From Eledone cirrhosa (Eukaryota): a stretch of DNA of 64,000 nucleotides. This document shows positions 1 through 14,400 of the stretch, one piece after another. The position numbers and the translations under genes were made by a program. The notes beneath the pieces are model-generated. The model was not told where the DNA came from. It did not search any database and saw only the letters and a program-made list of their open reading frames with translations. Where the stretch lies: assembly GCA_964016885.1 (NCBI GenBank), contig OZ024753.1, positions 15,190,001 through 15,254,000 on the forward strand, in the 5' to 3' direction. The first letter of the stretch is position 1. Each line of letters starts with the position of its first letter.

Positions 1-3000
1 TTTCTTGTTTAGGAAACGGTTTGATAGTAGACTGTATTAATCATCCTTGTTTCTTGTTTAGGAAACTGTTTGATAGCAGACCGCATTAATCATCCCTGTT
101 TCTTGTTTAGGAAACTGTTTAATAGTAGACAGTATTAATCATCCCTGTTTCTTGTTTAGGTAACTGTTTGATAGCAGACCGCATTAATCGTCCCTGTCTC
201 TTGTTTACGAAACTGTTTGATAGCAGACCGCATTAATCGTCCCTGGTTCTTGTTTAGGAAACTGTTTGATAGCAGACCGCATTAATCGTCCCTGGTTCTT
301 GTTTAGGAAACTGTTTGATAGCAGACCGCATTAATCGTCCCTTTTCTTGTGTAGGAAACTGTTTGGTAGCACACTGCATTAATCATCCCTATTTTTTGTT
401 TAGGAAACTGTTTGATAGCAGACCGCATTAATAATCCCTGGTTCTTGTTTAGGAAATTGTTTGAAAGCAGACCGCATTAATAATCCCTGTTTCTTGTTTA
501 GGAAACTGTTTGGTAGAAGACAGCATTAATCGTCCATGTTCCTTGTTTAGGAAACTGTTTGATAACAGACCACATTAATGATCCCTGTTTCTTGATTAGG
601 AAACTGTTTGATAGCAGACAGCATTAATCGTCCCTTTTTCTTGCTTAGGTAACTGTTTGATACAAGAAAGCATTAATTATCCCTGTTTCTTCTTTCAGGA
701 AACTGTTTGAAATTACACAGCATTAATCGTCACTGTTTCTTGTTTAGGAAACTGTTTGATAGCAGACTGCATTAATCATCCCTGTTCTTGTTTAGGAAAC
801 TGTTTGATAGTAGACAGTATTAATCATCCCTGTCTCTTGTTTAGGAAACTGTTTAATAGTAGACAGTATTAATCATCCTTGTTTCTTGTTTAGGAAACTG
901 TTTGATAGCAGACCGCATTAATCGTCCCCGTTTCTTGTTTAGGAAACTGTTTGATAGCAGACCACATTAACCATCCCTGTTTCTTGATTAGGAAACTGTT
1001 TGATAGCAGACCGCATTAATCGTCCCTGTTTCTTGTTTAGGAAACTGTTTGATAGCAGACCACATTAATCATCCCTGTTTCTTGATTAGGAAACTGTTTG
1101 ATAGCAGACCGCATTAATCGTCCTCGTTTCTTGTTTAAGAAACTGTTTGATAGCAGACCGCATTAATCGTCCCTGGTTCTTGTTTAGGAAACTGTTTAAT
1201 AGTAGACAGTATTAATAATCCCTGTTTCTTGTTTAGGAAACTGTTTGATAGCAGACTGCATTAATAATCCCTGTTTCTTGTTTAAGAAACTGTTTGATAG
1301 CAGACCGCATTAATCATCCCTGTTTCTTGTTTAGGAAACTGTTTAATAGTAGACGGTATTAATAATCCCTGTTTCTTCTTTAAGAAACTGTTTGATAGCA
1401 GACCGCATTAATCGTCCCTGTTTCTTGTTTAGGAAACTGTTTGATAGCAGATTGCATTAATCATCCCTGTTTCTTGATTAGGAAACTGTTTGATAGCAGA
1501 CCGCATTAATCGTCCCTGTTTCTTGTTTAGGAAACTGTTTGATAGCAGACCGCATTAATCGTCCCTGTTTCTTGTTTAGGAAACTGTTTGATAGCAGACA
1601 GCATTAATCGTCCCTGTTTCTTGTTTAGGAAACTGTTTGATAGGAGACCGCATTAATCGTCCCTGTTTCTTGTTTAGGAAACTGTTTGATAGCAGACCGC
1701 ATTAATCGTCCCTGTTTCTTGTTTAGGAAACTGTTTGATAGCAGACCGCATTAATGATCCCTGTTTCTTGATTAGGAAACTGTTTGATAGCAGACCGCAT
1801 TAATCGTCCCTGTTTCTTGTTTAGGAAACTGTTTGATAGCAGACTGCATCAATCGTCCCTGTTTCTTGTTTAGGAAACTGTTTGATAGCAGACTGCATTA
1901 ATCGTCCCTGTTTCTTGTTTAGGAAACTGTTTGATAGCAGACCGCATTAATCGTCCCTGTTTCTTGTTTAGGAAACTGTTTGATAGCAGACCGCATTAAT
2001 CGTCCCTGTTTCTTGTTTAGGAAACTGTTTGATAGCAGACAGCATTAATCGTCCCTGTTTCTTGTTTAGGAAACTGTTTGATAGCAGACCGCATTAATCG
2101 TCCCTGTTTCTTGTTTAGGAAACTGTTTGATAGCAGACCGCATTAATCGTCCCTGTTTCTTGTTTAGGAAACTGTTTGATAGCAGACCGCATTAATCGTC
2201 CCTGTTTCTTGTTTAGGAAACTGTTTGATAGCAGACCGCATTAATGATCCCTGTTTCTTGATTAGGAAACTGTTTGATAGCAGACCGCATTAATCGTCCC
2301 TGTTTCTTGTTTAGGAAACTGTTTGATAGCAGACTGCATCAATCGTCCCTGTTTCTTGTTTAGGAAACTGTTTGATAGCAGACTGCATTAATCGTCCCTG
2401 TTTCTTGATTAGGAAACTGTTTGATAGCAGACCGCATTAATCGTCCCTGTTTCTTGTTTAGGAAACTGTTTGATAGCAGACTGCATTAATCGTCCCTGTT
2501 TCTTGTTTAGGAAACTGCTTGATAGCAGACCGCATTAATCATCCTTGTTTCTTGATTAGGAAACTGTTTGATAGCAGACCGCATTAATCATCCCTGTTTC
2601 TTGTTTAGGAAACTGTTTGATAGCAGACCGCATTAATCGTCCCTGGTTCTTGTTTAGGAAACTGTTTCATAGCAGACCGCATTAATCGTCCCTGTTTCTT
2701 GTTTAGTAAACTGTTTGATAACAGACCGCATTAATCGTCCCTGTTTCTTGTTTAGTAAACTGTTTGATAGCAGACCGCATTAATCGTCCCTGTTTCTTGT
2801 TTAGGAAACTGTTTGATAGCAGACCGCATTAATCGTCCCTGTTTCTTGTTTACGAAACTGTTTGATAGCAGACTGCATTAATCGTCCCTGTTTCTTGTTT
2901 AGGAAACTGTTTGACAGCAGACCGAATTAATCGTCCCTTTTCTTGTGTAGGAAACTGTTTGGTACCACACTGCATTAATCATCCCTGTTTCTTGTTTAGG

Positions 3001-3339
3001 AAACTGTTTGATAGCAGACTTTATTAATCATCCCTGTTTCTTGGTTAGGAAACTGATTGATAGACTGCATTAATCGTCCCTGTTTCTTGTTTAGGAAACT
3101 GTTTGATAGCAGACCGCCTTAATCGTCCTTGTTTCTTGTTTAGGAAACTGTTTGATAGCAGACCGCATTAATCATCCCTGTTTCTTGTTTAGGAAACTGT
3201 TTGATAGCAGACTTTATTAATCATCCCTGTTTCTTGTTTAGGAAACTGTTTGATAGAAGAGAACATTAATTATCCCCGTTTCTTGTTCAGGAAACTGTTT
3301 GATAGTACACAGCATTAATCGTCCCTGTTTCTTGTTTAG

Positions 3340-6300
3340 GAAACTGTATGATAGCAGACCGCATTAATCGTCCCTGTTTCTTGTTTAGTAAACTGTTTGA
3401 TAGCAGACTGCATTAATCATCCCTGTTTCTTGTTTAGGAAACTGTTTTATAGCAGACTTTATTAATAATCCCTGTTTCTTGTTTAGGAAACTGTTTGATA
3501 GCAGACCGCATTAATCGTCCCTGGTTCTTGTTTAGGAGACTGTTTGATAGCAGACCGCATTAATCGTCCCTGGTTCTTGTTTAGGAGACTGTTTGATAGC
3601 AGACTGCATTAATCGTCCCTGTTTCTTGTTTAGGAAACTGTTTGATAGCAGACCGCATTAATCGTCCCTGGTTCTTGTTTAGGAGACTGTTTGATAGCAG
3701 ACTGCATTAATCGTCCCTGTTTCTTGTTTAGGAAACTGTTTGATAGCAGACCCCATTAATAATCCCTGTTTCTTGTTTAGGAGACTGTTTGATAGCAGAC
3801 CGCATTAATCGTCCCTGGTTCTTGTTTAGGAAACTGTTTGATAGCAGACCGCATTAATCATGCCTGTTTCTTATTTAGGAAACTGTTTGATAGCAGACCG
3901 CATTAATCATCCCTGTTTCTTGATTAGGAAACTGTTTGATAGCAGACCGCATTAATCGTCCCTGTTTCTTGTTTAGGAAACTGTTTGATAGCAGATTGCA
4001 TTAATCATCCCTGTTTCTTGATTAGGAAACTGTTTGATAGCAGACCGCATTAATCGTCCCTGTTTCTTGTTTAGGAAACTGTTTGATAGAAGACAGCATT
4101 ATAGTCCCTGTTTCTTGTTTAGGAAACTGTTTGATAGCAGATTGCATTAATCATCCCTGTTTCTTATTTAGGAAACTGTTTGATAGCAGACCGCATTAAT
4201 CGTCCCTGGTTCTTGTTTACGAAACTGTTTGATAGCAGACTGCATTAATCGTCCCTGGTTCTTGTATAGGAAACTGTTTGGTAGCAGACTGCATTAATCA
4301 TCCCTGTTTCTTGTTCAGGAAACTGTTTGATAGTACACAGCATTAATCGTCCCTGTTTCTTGTTTAGGAAACTGTTTGATAGCAGACCGCATTAATCGTC
4401 CCTGGTTCTTGTTTAGGAAACTGTTTGATAGCAGACAGCATTAATTATCCCTGTTTCTTGTTTAGGAAACTGTTTGATAGAAGACAGCATTAATCGTCCC
4501 TGTTTCTTGTTTAGGAAACTGTTTGATAGCAGACCGCATTAATCGTCCCTGTTTCTTGTTTAGGAAACTGTTTGATAGCAGACCGCATTAATCGTCCCTG
4601 TTTCTTGTTTAGGAAACTGTTTGATAGCAGACCGCATTAATCGTCCCTGTTTCTTGTTTACGAAACTGTTTGATAGACTGCATTAATCATCGCTGTTTCT
4701 TGTTTAGGAAGCTGTTTGATAGCAGATTGCATTAATCGTCCCTGGTTCTTGTTTAGGAAACTGTTTGATAGCAGACCGCATTAATCGTCCCTGTTTCTTG
4801 TTTAGGAAACTGTTTGATAGCAGACCGCATTAATCGTCCCTGTTTCTTGTTTAGGAAACTGTTTGATAGCAGATTGCATTAATCATCCCTCTTTCTTGTA
4901 TAGGAAACTGGTTGATAGCAGACAGCATTAATAATCCCTGTTTCTTGTTTAGGAAACTGTTTGATAGAAGACAGCATTATAGTCCCTGTTTCTTGTTTAG
5001 GAAACTGTTTGATAGCAGATTGCATTAATCATCCCTGTTTCTTGTTTAGGAAACTGTTTGATAGCAGATTGCATTAATCATCCCTGTTTCTTGTTTAGGA
5101 AACTGTTTGATAGAAGACAGCATTATAGTCCCTGTTTCTTGTTTAGGAAACTGTTTAATAGCAGACCGCATTAATCGTCCCTGGTTCTTGTTCAGGAAAC
5201 TGTTTGATAGCAGACTGCATTAATCGTCCCGGGTTCTTGTTTAGGAAACTGTTTGAGAGAAGACAGCATTATACTCCCTGTTTCTTGTTTACGAAACTGT
5301 TTGATAGCAGACCGCATTAATCGTCCCTGGTTCTTGTTTAGGAAATTGTTTGATAGCAGACCGCATTAATAATCACTGTTTCTTGTTTAGGAAACTGTTT
5401 GATAGCAGACCGCATTAATCGTCCCTGTTTCTTGTTTACGAAACTGTTTGATAGCAGACAGCATTAATCGTCCCTGTTTCTTGTTTAGGAAACTGTTTGA
5501 TAGCAGACAGCATTAATCGTCCCTGGTTCTTGTTTAGGAAACTGTTTGATAGCAGACAGCATTAATCGTCCCTGTTTCTTGTTTAGGAAACTGTTTGATA
5601 GCAGACAGCATTAATCGTCCCTGGTTCTTGTTTAGGAAACTGTTTGATAGCAGGCAGCATTAATCGTCCCTGTTTCTTGTTTAGGAAACTGTTTGATAGC
5701 AGACCGCATTAATCGTCCCTGTTTCTTGTTTAGGAAACTGTTTGATAGCAGGCAGCATTAATCGTCCCTGTTTCTTGTTTAGGAAACTGTTTGATAGCAG
5801 ACAGCATTAATCGTCCCTGTTTCTTGTTTAGGAAACTGTTTGATAGCAGACAGCATTAATCGTCCCTGGTTCTTGTTTAGGAAACTGTTTGATAGCAGAC
5901 AGCATTAATCGTCCCTGGTTCTTGTTTAGGAAACTGTTTGATAGCAGACCGCATTAATCGTCCCTGTTTCTTGTTTAGGAAACTGTTTGATAGCAGACAG
6001 CATTAATCGTCCCTGTTTCTTGTTTAGGAAACTGTTTGATAGCAGACAGCATTAATCGTCCCTGTTTCTTGTTTAGGAAACTGTTTGATAGCAGACAGCA
6101 TTAATCGTCCCTGGTTCTTGTTTACGAAACTGTTTGATAGCAGACAGCATTAATCGTCCCTGGTTCTTGTTTAGGAAACTGTTTGATAGCAGACAGCATT
6201 AATCGTCCCTGGTTCTTGTTTACGAAACTGTTTGATAGCAGACCCCATTAATAATCCCTGTTTCTTGTTTAGGAAACTGTTTGATAGCAAACTGAATTAA

Positions 6301-9300
6301 TCGTCCCTGGTTCTTGTTTACGAAACTGTTTGATAGCAGACTGCATTAATAATCCCTGTTTCTTGTTTAGGAAACTGTTTGATAGCAGACTGCATTAATA
6401 ATCCCGGTTTCTTGTTTAGGAAACTGTTTAATAGCAGACTGCATTAATCATCCCTGTTTCTTGTTTAGGAAACTGTTTGATAGCAGACTTTATTAATCAT
6501 CCATGTTTCTTGTTTAGGAAACTGTTTGATAGACTGCATTAATTATCGCTGTTTCTTGGTTAGGAAACTGTTTGATAGCAGACCGCATTAATCGTCCCTG
6601 GTTCTTGTTTAGGAGACTGTTTGATAGCAGACCGCATTAATCGTCCCTGGTTCTTGTTTAGGAGACTGTTTGATAGCAGACCGCATTAATAATCCCTGTT
6701 TCTTGTTTAGGAAACTGTTTGATAGCAGACCGCATTAATCGTCCCTGGTTCTTGTTTATGAAACTGTTTGATAGCAGACCCCATTAATAATCCCTGTTTC
6801 TTGTTTAGGAAACTGTTTGATAGCAGACCGCATTAATCGTCCCTAGTTCTTGTTTAGGAAACTGTTTGATAGCAGACCCCATTAATAATCCCTGTTTCTT
6901 GTTTAGGAAACTGTTTGATAGCAGACCGCATTAATCGTCCCTGGTTCTTGTTTAGGAAACTGTTTGATAGCAGACCGCATTAATCGTCCCTGGTTCTTGT
7001 TTAGGAAACTGTTTGATAGCAGACTGCATTAATCATCCCTGTTTCTTGTTTAGGAAACTGTTTGATAGAAGACAGCATTAATCGTCCCTGTTTCTTGTTT
7101 AAGAAACTGTTTGATAGCAGACCGCATTAATCGTCCCTGGTTCTTGTTTAGAAAACTGTTTGACAGCAGACTGCATTAATCATCCCTGTTTCTTGTTTAG
7201 GAAACTGTTTGATAGAAGACCGCATTAATCGTCCCTGGTCTTGTTTAGGAAACTGTTTGATAGCAGACCGCATTAATCGTCCCTGTTTCTTGTTTAGGAA
7301 ACTGTTTGATAGTAGACAGCATTAATCGTCCCTGTTTCTTGTTTAGGAAACTGTTTGATAGTAGACACCATTAATCGTCCCTGTTTCTTGTTTAGGAAAC
7401 TGTTTGATAGTAGACAGCATTAATCGTCCCTGTTTCTTGTTTAGGAAACTGTTTGATAGTAGACAGTATTAATCGTCCCTGTATCTTGTTTAGGAAACTG
7501 TATGATAGCAGACCGCATTAATCGTCCCTGTTTCTTGTTTAGTAAACTGTTTGATAGCAGACTGCATTAATCATCCCTGTTTCTTGTTTAGGAAACTGTT
7601 TTATAGCAGACTTTATTAATAATCCCTGTTTCTTGTTTAGGAAACTGTTTGATAGCAGACCGCATTAATCGTCCCTGGTTCTTGTTTAGGAGACTGTTTG
7701 ATAGCAGACCGCATTAATCGTCCCTGGTTCTTGTTTAGGAGACTGTTTGATAGCAGACTGCATTAATCGTCCCTGTTTCTTGTTTAGGAAACTGTTTGAT
7801 AGCAGACCGCATTAATCGTCCCTGGTTCTTGTTTAGGAGACTGTTTGATAGCAGACTGCATTAATCGTCCCTGTTTCTTGTTTAGGAAACTGTTTGATAG
7901 CAGACCCCATTAATAATCCCTGTTTCTTGTTTAGGAGACTGTTTGATAGCAGACCGCATTAATCGTCCCTGGTTCTTGTTTAGGAAACTGTTTGATAGCA
8001 GACCGCATTAATCATCCCTGTTTCTTATTTAGGAAACTGTTTGATAGCAGACCGCATTAATCATCCCTGTTTCTTGATTAGGAAACTGTTTGATAGCAGA
8101 CCGCATTAATCGTCCCTGTTTCTTGTTTAGGAAACTGTTTGATAGCAGATTGCATTAATCATCCCTGTTTCTTGATTAGGAAACTGTTTGATAGCAGACC
8201 GCATTAATCGTCCCTGTTTCTTGTTTAGGAAACTGTTTGATAGAAGACAGCATTATAGTCCCTGTTTCTTGTTTAGGAAACTGTTTGATAGCAGATTGCA
8301 TTAATCATCCCTGTTTCTTATTTAGGAAACTGTTTGATAGCAGACCGCATTAATCGTCCCTGGTTCTTGTTTACGAAACTGTTTGATAGCAGACTGCATT
8401 AATCGTCCCTGGTTCTTGTATAGGAAACTGTTTGGTAGCAGACTGCATTAATCATCCCTGTTTCTTGTTCAGGAAACTGTTTGATAGTACACAGCATTAA
8501 TCGTCCCTGTTTCTTGTTTAGGAAACTGTTTGATAGCAGACCGCATTAATCGTTCCTGGTTCTTGTTTAGGAAACTGTTTGATAGCAGACTTTATTAATC
8601 ATCCCTGTTTCTTGTTTAGGAAACTGTTTGATAGAAGACAGCATTAATCGTCCCTGTTTCTTGTTTAGGAAACTGTTTGATAGCAGACCGCATTAATCGT
8701 CCCTGTTTCTTGTTTAGGAAACTGTTTGATAGCAGACCGCATTAATCGTCCCTGTTTCTTGTTTAGGAAACTGTTTGATAGCAGACCGCATTAATCGTCC
8801 CTGTTTCTTGTTTAGGAAACTGTTTGATAGACTGCATTAATCATCGCTGTTTCTTGTTTAGGAAGCTGTTTGATAGCAGATTGCATTAATCGTCCCTGGT
8901 TCTTGTTTAGGAAACTGTTTGATAGCAGACCGCATTAATCGTCCCTGTTTCTTGTTTAGGAAACTGTTTGATAGCAGACCGCATTAATCGTCCCTGTTTC
9001 TTGTTTACGAAACTGTTTGATAGCAGATTGCATTAATCATCCCTCTTTCTTGTATAGGAAACTGGTTGATAGCAGACAGCATTAATAATCCCTGTTTCTT
9101 GTTTAGGAAACTGTTTGATAGAAGACAGCATTATAGTCCCTGTTTCTTGTTTAGGAAACTGTTTGATAGCAGATTGCATTAATCATCTCTGTTTCTTGTT
9201 TAGGAAACTGTTTGATAGCAGATTGCATTAATCATCCCTGTTTCTTGTTTAGGAAACTGTTTGATAGAAGACAGCATTATAGTCCCTGTTTCTTGTTTAG

Positions 9301-11450
9301 GAAACTGTTTAATAGCAGACCGCATTAATCGTCCCTGGTTCTTGTTCAGGAAACTGTTTGATAGCAGACTGCATTAATCCTCCCGGGTTCTTGTTTAGTA
9401 AACTGTTTGAGAGAAGACAGCATTATACTCCCTGTTTCTTGTTTACGAAACTGTTTGATAGCAGACCGCATTAATCGTCCCTGGTTCTTGTTTAGGAAAT
9501 TGTTTGATAGCAGACCGCATTAATAATCACTGTTTCTTGTTTAGGAAACTGTTTGATAGCAGACCGCATTAATCGTCCCTGTTTCTTGTTTACGAAACTG
9601 TTTGATAGCAGACAGCATTAATCGTCCCTGTTTCTTGTTTAGGAAACTGTTTGATAGCAGACAGCATTAATCGTCCCTGGTTCTTGTTTAGGAAACTGTT
9701 TGATAGCAGACAGCATTAATCGTCCCTGTTTCTTGTTTAGGAAACTGTTTGATAGCAGACAGCATTAATCGTCCCTGGTTCTTGTTTAGGAAACTGTTTG
9801 ATAGCAGGCAGCATTAATCGTCCCTGTTTCTTGTTTAGGAAACTGTTTGATAGCAGACCGCATTAATCGTCCCTGTTTCTTGTTTAGGAAACTGTTTGAT
9901 AGCAGGCAGCATTAATCGTCCCTGTTTCTTGTTTAGGAAACTGTTTGATAGCAGACAGCATTAATCGTCCCTGTTTCTTGTTTAGGAAACTGTTTGATAG
10001 CAGACAGCATTAATCGTCCCTGGTTCTTGTTTACGAAACTGTTTGATAGCAGACAGCATTAATCGTCCCTGGTTCTTGTTTAGGAAACTGTTTGATAGCA
10101 GACAGCATTAATCGTCCCTGGTTCTTGTTTACGAAACTGTTTGATAGCAGACAGCATTAATCGTCCCTGGTTCTTGTTTAGGAAATTGTTTGATAGCAGA
10201 CCGCATTAATAATCCCTGTTTCTTGTTTAGGAAACTGTTTGATAGCAAACTGAATTAATCGTCCCTGGTTCTTGTTTACGAAACTGTTTGATAGCAGACT
10301 GCATTAATAATCCCCGTTTCCTGTTTAGGAAACTGTTTGATAGCAGACTGCATTAATAATCCCGGTTTCTTGTTTAGGAAACTGTTTAATAGCAGACTGC
10401 ATTAATCATCCCTGTTTCTTGTTTAGGAAACTGTATGATAGCAGACTTTATTAATCATCCATGTTTCTTGTTTAGGAAACTGTTTGATAGACTGCATTAA
10501 TTATCGCTGTTTCTTGGTTAGGAAACTGTTTGATAGCAGACCGCATTAATCGTCCCTGGTTCTTGTTTAGGAGACTGTTTGATAGCAGACCGCATTAATC
10601 GTCCCTGGTTCTTGTTTAGGAGACTGTTTGATAGCAGACCGCATTAATAATCCCTGTTTCTTGTTTAGGAAACTGTTTGATAGCAGACCGCATTAATCGT
10701 CCCTGGTTCTTGTTTATGAAACTGTTTGATAGCAGACCCCATTAATAATCCCCGTTTCTTGTTTAGGAAACTGTTTGATAGCAGACCGCATTAATCGTCC
10801 CTAGTTCTTGTTTAGGAAACTGTTTGATAGCAGACCCCATTAATAATCCCTGTTTCTTGTTTAGGAAACTGTTTGATAGCAGACCGCATTAATCGTCCCT
10901 GGTTCTTGTTTAGGAAACTGTTTGATAGCAGACCGCATTAATCGTCCCTGGTTCTTGTTTAGGAAACTGTTTGATAGCAGACTGCATTAATCATCCCTGT
11001 TTCGTGTTTAGGAAACTGTTTGATAGAAGACAGCATTAATCGTCCCTGTTTCTTGTTTAAGAAACTGTTTGATAGCAGACCGCATTAATCGTCCCTGGTT
11101 CTTGTTTAGAAAACTGTTTGACAGCAGACTGCATTAATCATCCCTGTTTCTTGTTTAGGAAACTGTTTGATAGAAGACCGCATTAATCGTCCCTGGTCTT
11201 GTTTAGGAAACTGTTTTATAGCAGACCGCATTAATCGTTCCTGTTTCTTGTTTAGGAAACTGTTTGATAGTAGACAGCATTAATCGTCCCTGTTTCTTGT
11301 TTAGGAAACTGTTTGATAGTAGACAGCATTAATCGTCCCTGTTTCTTGTTTAGGAAACTGTTTGATAGTAGACAGCATTAATCGTCCCTGTTTCTTGTTT
11401 AGGAAACTGTTTGATAGTAGACAGTATTAATCGTCCCTGTTTCTTGTTTA
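3340..11450. repeat. Higher-order tandem duplication of a ~4.15-kb block (~85 monomers): ~3340-7490 and ~7494-11450
   Basis: Rare variants recur in the same order at offset 4154: GTATG 3346/7500, AGTAAA 3387/7541, GTTTGAGAGAAG 5251/9405. The offset then drops to 3958 (four monomers fewer): ACTGAATT 6291/10249, AGACAGTATT 7461/11419. Confidence 0.92.
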
Positions 11451-14400
11451 GGAAACTGTTTGATAGTAGACAGCATTAATCGTCCCTGGTTCTTGTTTAG
11501 GAAACTGGTTGATAGCAGACAGCATTAATAATCCCTGTTTCTTGTGTACGAAACTGTTTGATAGCAGACTGAATTAATCGTCCCTGGTTCTTGTTTACGA
11601 AACTGTTTGATAGCAGACTGCATTAATCGTCCCTGGTTCTTGTTTAGGAAACTGTTTGATAGCAGACCGCATTAATCGTCCCTGGTTCTTGTTTACGAAA
11701 CTGTTTGATAGCAGACAGCATTAATCGTCCCTGGTTCTTGTTTAGGAAACTGTTTGATAGCAGACAGCATTAATCGTCCCTGGTTCTTGTTTACGAAACT
11801 GTTTGATAGCAGACAGCATTAATCGTCCCTGGTTCTTGTTTAGGAAATTGTTTGATAGCAGACCGCATTAATAATCCCTGTTTCTTGTTTAGGAAACTGT
11901 TTGATAGCAAACTGAATTAATCGTCCCTGGTTCTTGTTTACGAAACTGTTTAATAGCAGACAGCATTAATCGTCCCTGTTTCTTGTTTAGGAAACTGTTT
12001 GATAGCAGACAGCATTAATCGTCCCTGGTTCTTGTTTACGAAACTGTTTGATAGCAGACAGCATTAATCGTTCCTGGTTCTTGTTTAGGAAATTGTTTGA
12101 TAGCAGACCGCATTAATAATCCCTGTTTCTTGTTTAGGAAACTGTTTGATAGCAGACCGCATTAATAATCCCTGTTTCTTTTTTAGGAAACTGTTTGATA
12201 GCAGACCGCATTAATAATCCCGGTTTCTTGTTTAGGAAACTGTTTGATAGCAGACCGCATTAATAATCCCTGTTTCTTGTTTAGGAAACTGTTTGATAGC
12301 AGACCGCATTAATAATCCCGGTTTCTTGTTTACGAAACTGTTTGATAGCAGACTGCATTAATAATCCCTGTTTCTTGTTTAGGAAACTGTTTGATAGCAG
12401 ACTGCATTAATAATCCCGGTTTCTTGTTTACGAAACTGTTTGATAGCAGACTGCATTAATAATCCCTGTTTCTTGTTTAGGAAACTGTTTGATAGCAGTC
12501 TGCATTAATAATCCCGGTTTCTTGTTTAGGAAACTGTTTAATAGCAGACTGCATTAATCATCCCTGTTTCTTGTTTAGGAAACTGTTTGATAGCAGACTT
12601 TATTAATCATCCCTGTTTCTTGTTTAGGAAACTGTTTGATAGACTGCATTAATTATCGCTGTTTCTTGGTTAGGAAACTGTTTGATAGCAGACCGCATTA
12701 ATCGTCCCTGGTTCTTGTTTAGGAGACTGTTTGATAGCAGACAGCATTAATCGTCCCTGGTTCTTGTTTACGAAACTGTTTGATAGCAGACAGCATTAAT
12801 CGTCCCTGGTTCTTGTTTAGGAAACTGTTTGATAGCAGACAGCATTAATCGTCCCTGGTTCTTGTTTACGAAACTGTTTGATAGCAGACAGCATTAATCG
12901 TCCCTGGTTCTTGTTTAGGAAATTGTTTGATAGCAGACCGCATTAATAATCCCTGTTTCTTGTTTAGGAAACTGTTTGATAGCAAACTGAATTAATCGTC
13001 CCTGGTTCTTGTTTACGAAACTGTTTGATAGCAGACTGCATTAATAATCCCTGTTTCCTGTTTAGGAAACTGTTTGATAGCAGACTGCATTAATAATCCC
13101 GGTTTCTTGTTTAGGAAACTGTTTAATAGCAGACTGCATTAACCATCCCTGTTTCTTGTTTAGGAAACTGTATGATAGCAGACTTTATTAATCATCCATG
13201 TTTCTGGTTTAGGAAACTGTTTGATAGACTGCATTAATTATCGCTGTTTCTTGGTTAGGAAACTGTTTGATAGCAGACCGCATTAATCGTCCCTGGTTCT
13301 TGTTTAGGAGACTGTTTGATAGCAGACCGCATTAATCGTCCCTGGTTCTTGTTTAGGAGACTGTTTGATAGCAGACCGCATTAATAATCCCTGTTTCTTG
13401 TTTAGGAAACTGTTTGATAGCAGACCGCATTAATCGTCCCTGGTTCTTGTTTATGAAACTGTTTGATAGCAGACCCCATTAATAATCCCCGTTTCTTGTT
13501 TAGGAAACTGTTTGATAGCAGACCGCATTAATCGTCCCTAGTTCTTGTTTAGGAAACTGTTTGATAGCAGACCCCATTAATAATCCCTGTTTCTTGTTTA
13601 GGAAACTGTTTGATAGCAGACCGCATTAATCGTCCCTGGTTCTTGTTTAGGAAACTGTTTGATAGCAGACCGCATTAATCGTCCCTGGTTCTTGTTTAGG
13701 AAACTGTTTGATAGCAGACTGCATTAATCATCCCTGTTTCGTGTTTAGGAAACTGTTTGATAGAAGACAGCATTAATCGTCCCTGTTTCTTGTTTAAGAA
13801 ACTGTTTGATAGCAGACCGCATTAATCGTCCCTGGTTCTTGTTTAGAAAACTGTTTGACAGCAGACTGCATTAATCATCCCTGTTTCTTGTTTAGGAAAC
13901 TGTTTGATAGAAGACCGCATTAATCGTCCCTGGTCTTGTTTAGGAAACTGTTTTATAGCAGACCGCATTAATCGTCCCTGTTTCTTGTTTAGGAAACTGT
14001 TTGATAGTAGACAGCATTAATCGTCCCTGTTTCTTGTTTAGGAAACTGTTTGATAGTAGACAGCATTAATCGTCCCTGTTTCTTGTTTAGGAAACTGTTT
14101 GATAGTAGACAGCATTAATAATCCCTGTTTCTTGTGTACGAAACTGTTTGATAGCAGACTGAATTAATCGTCCCTGGTTCTTGTTTACGAAACTGTTTGA
14201 TAGCAGACTGCATTAATCGTCCCTGGTTCTTGTTTAGGAAACTGTTTGATAGCAGACCGCATTAATCGTCCCTGGTTCTTGTTTACGAAACTGTTTGATA
14301 GCAGACAGCATTAATCGTCCCTGGTTCTTGTTTAGGAAACTGTTTGATAGCAGACAGCATTAATCGTCCCTGGTTCTTGTTTACGAAACTGTTTGATAGC

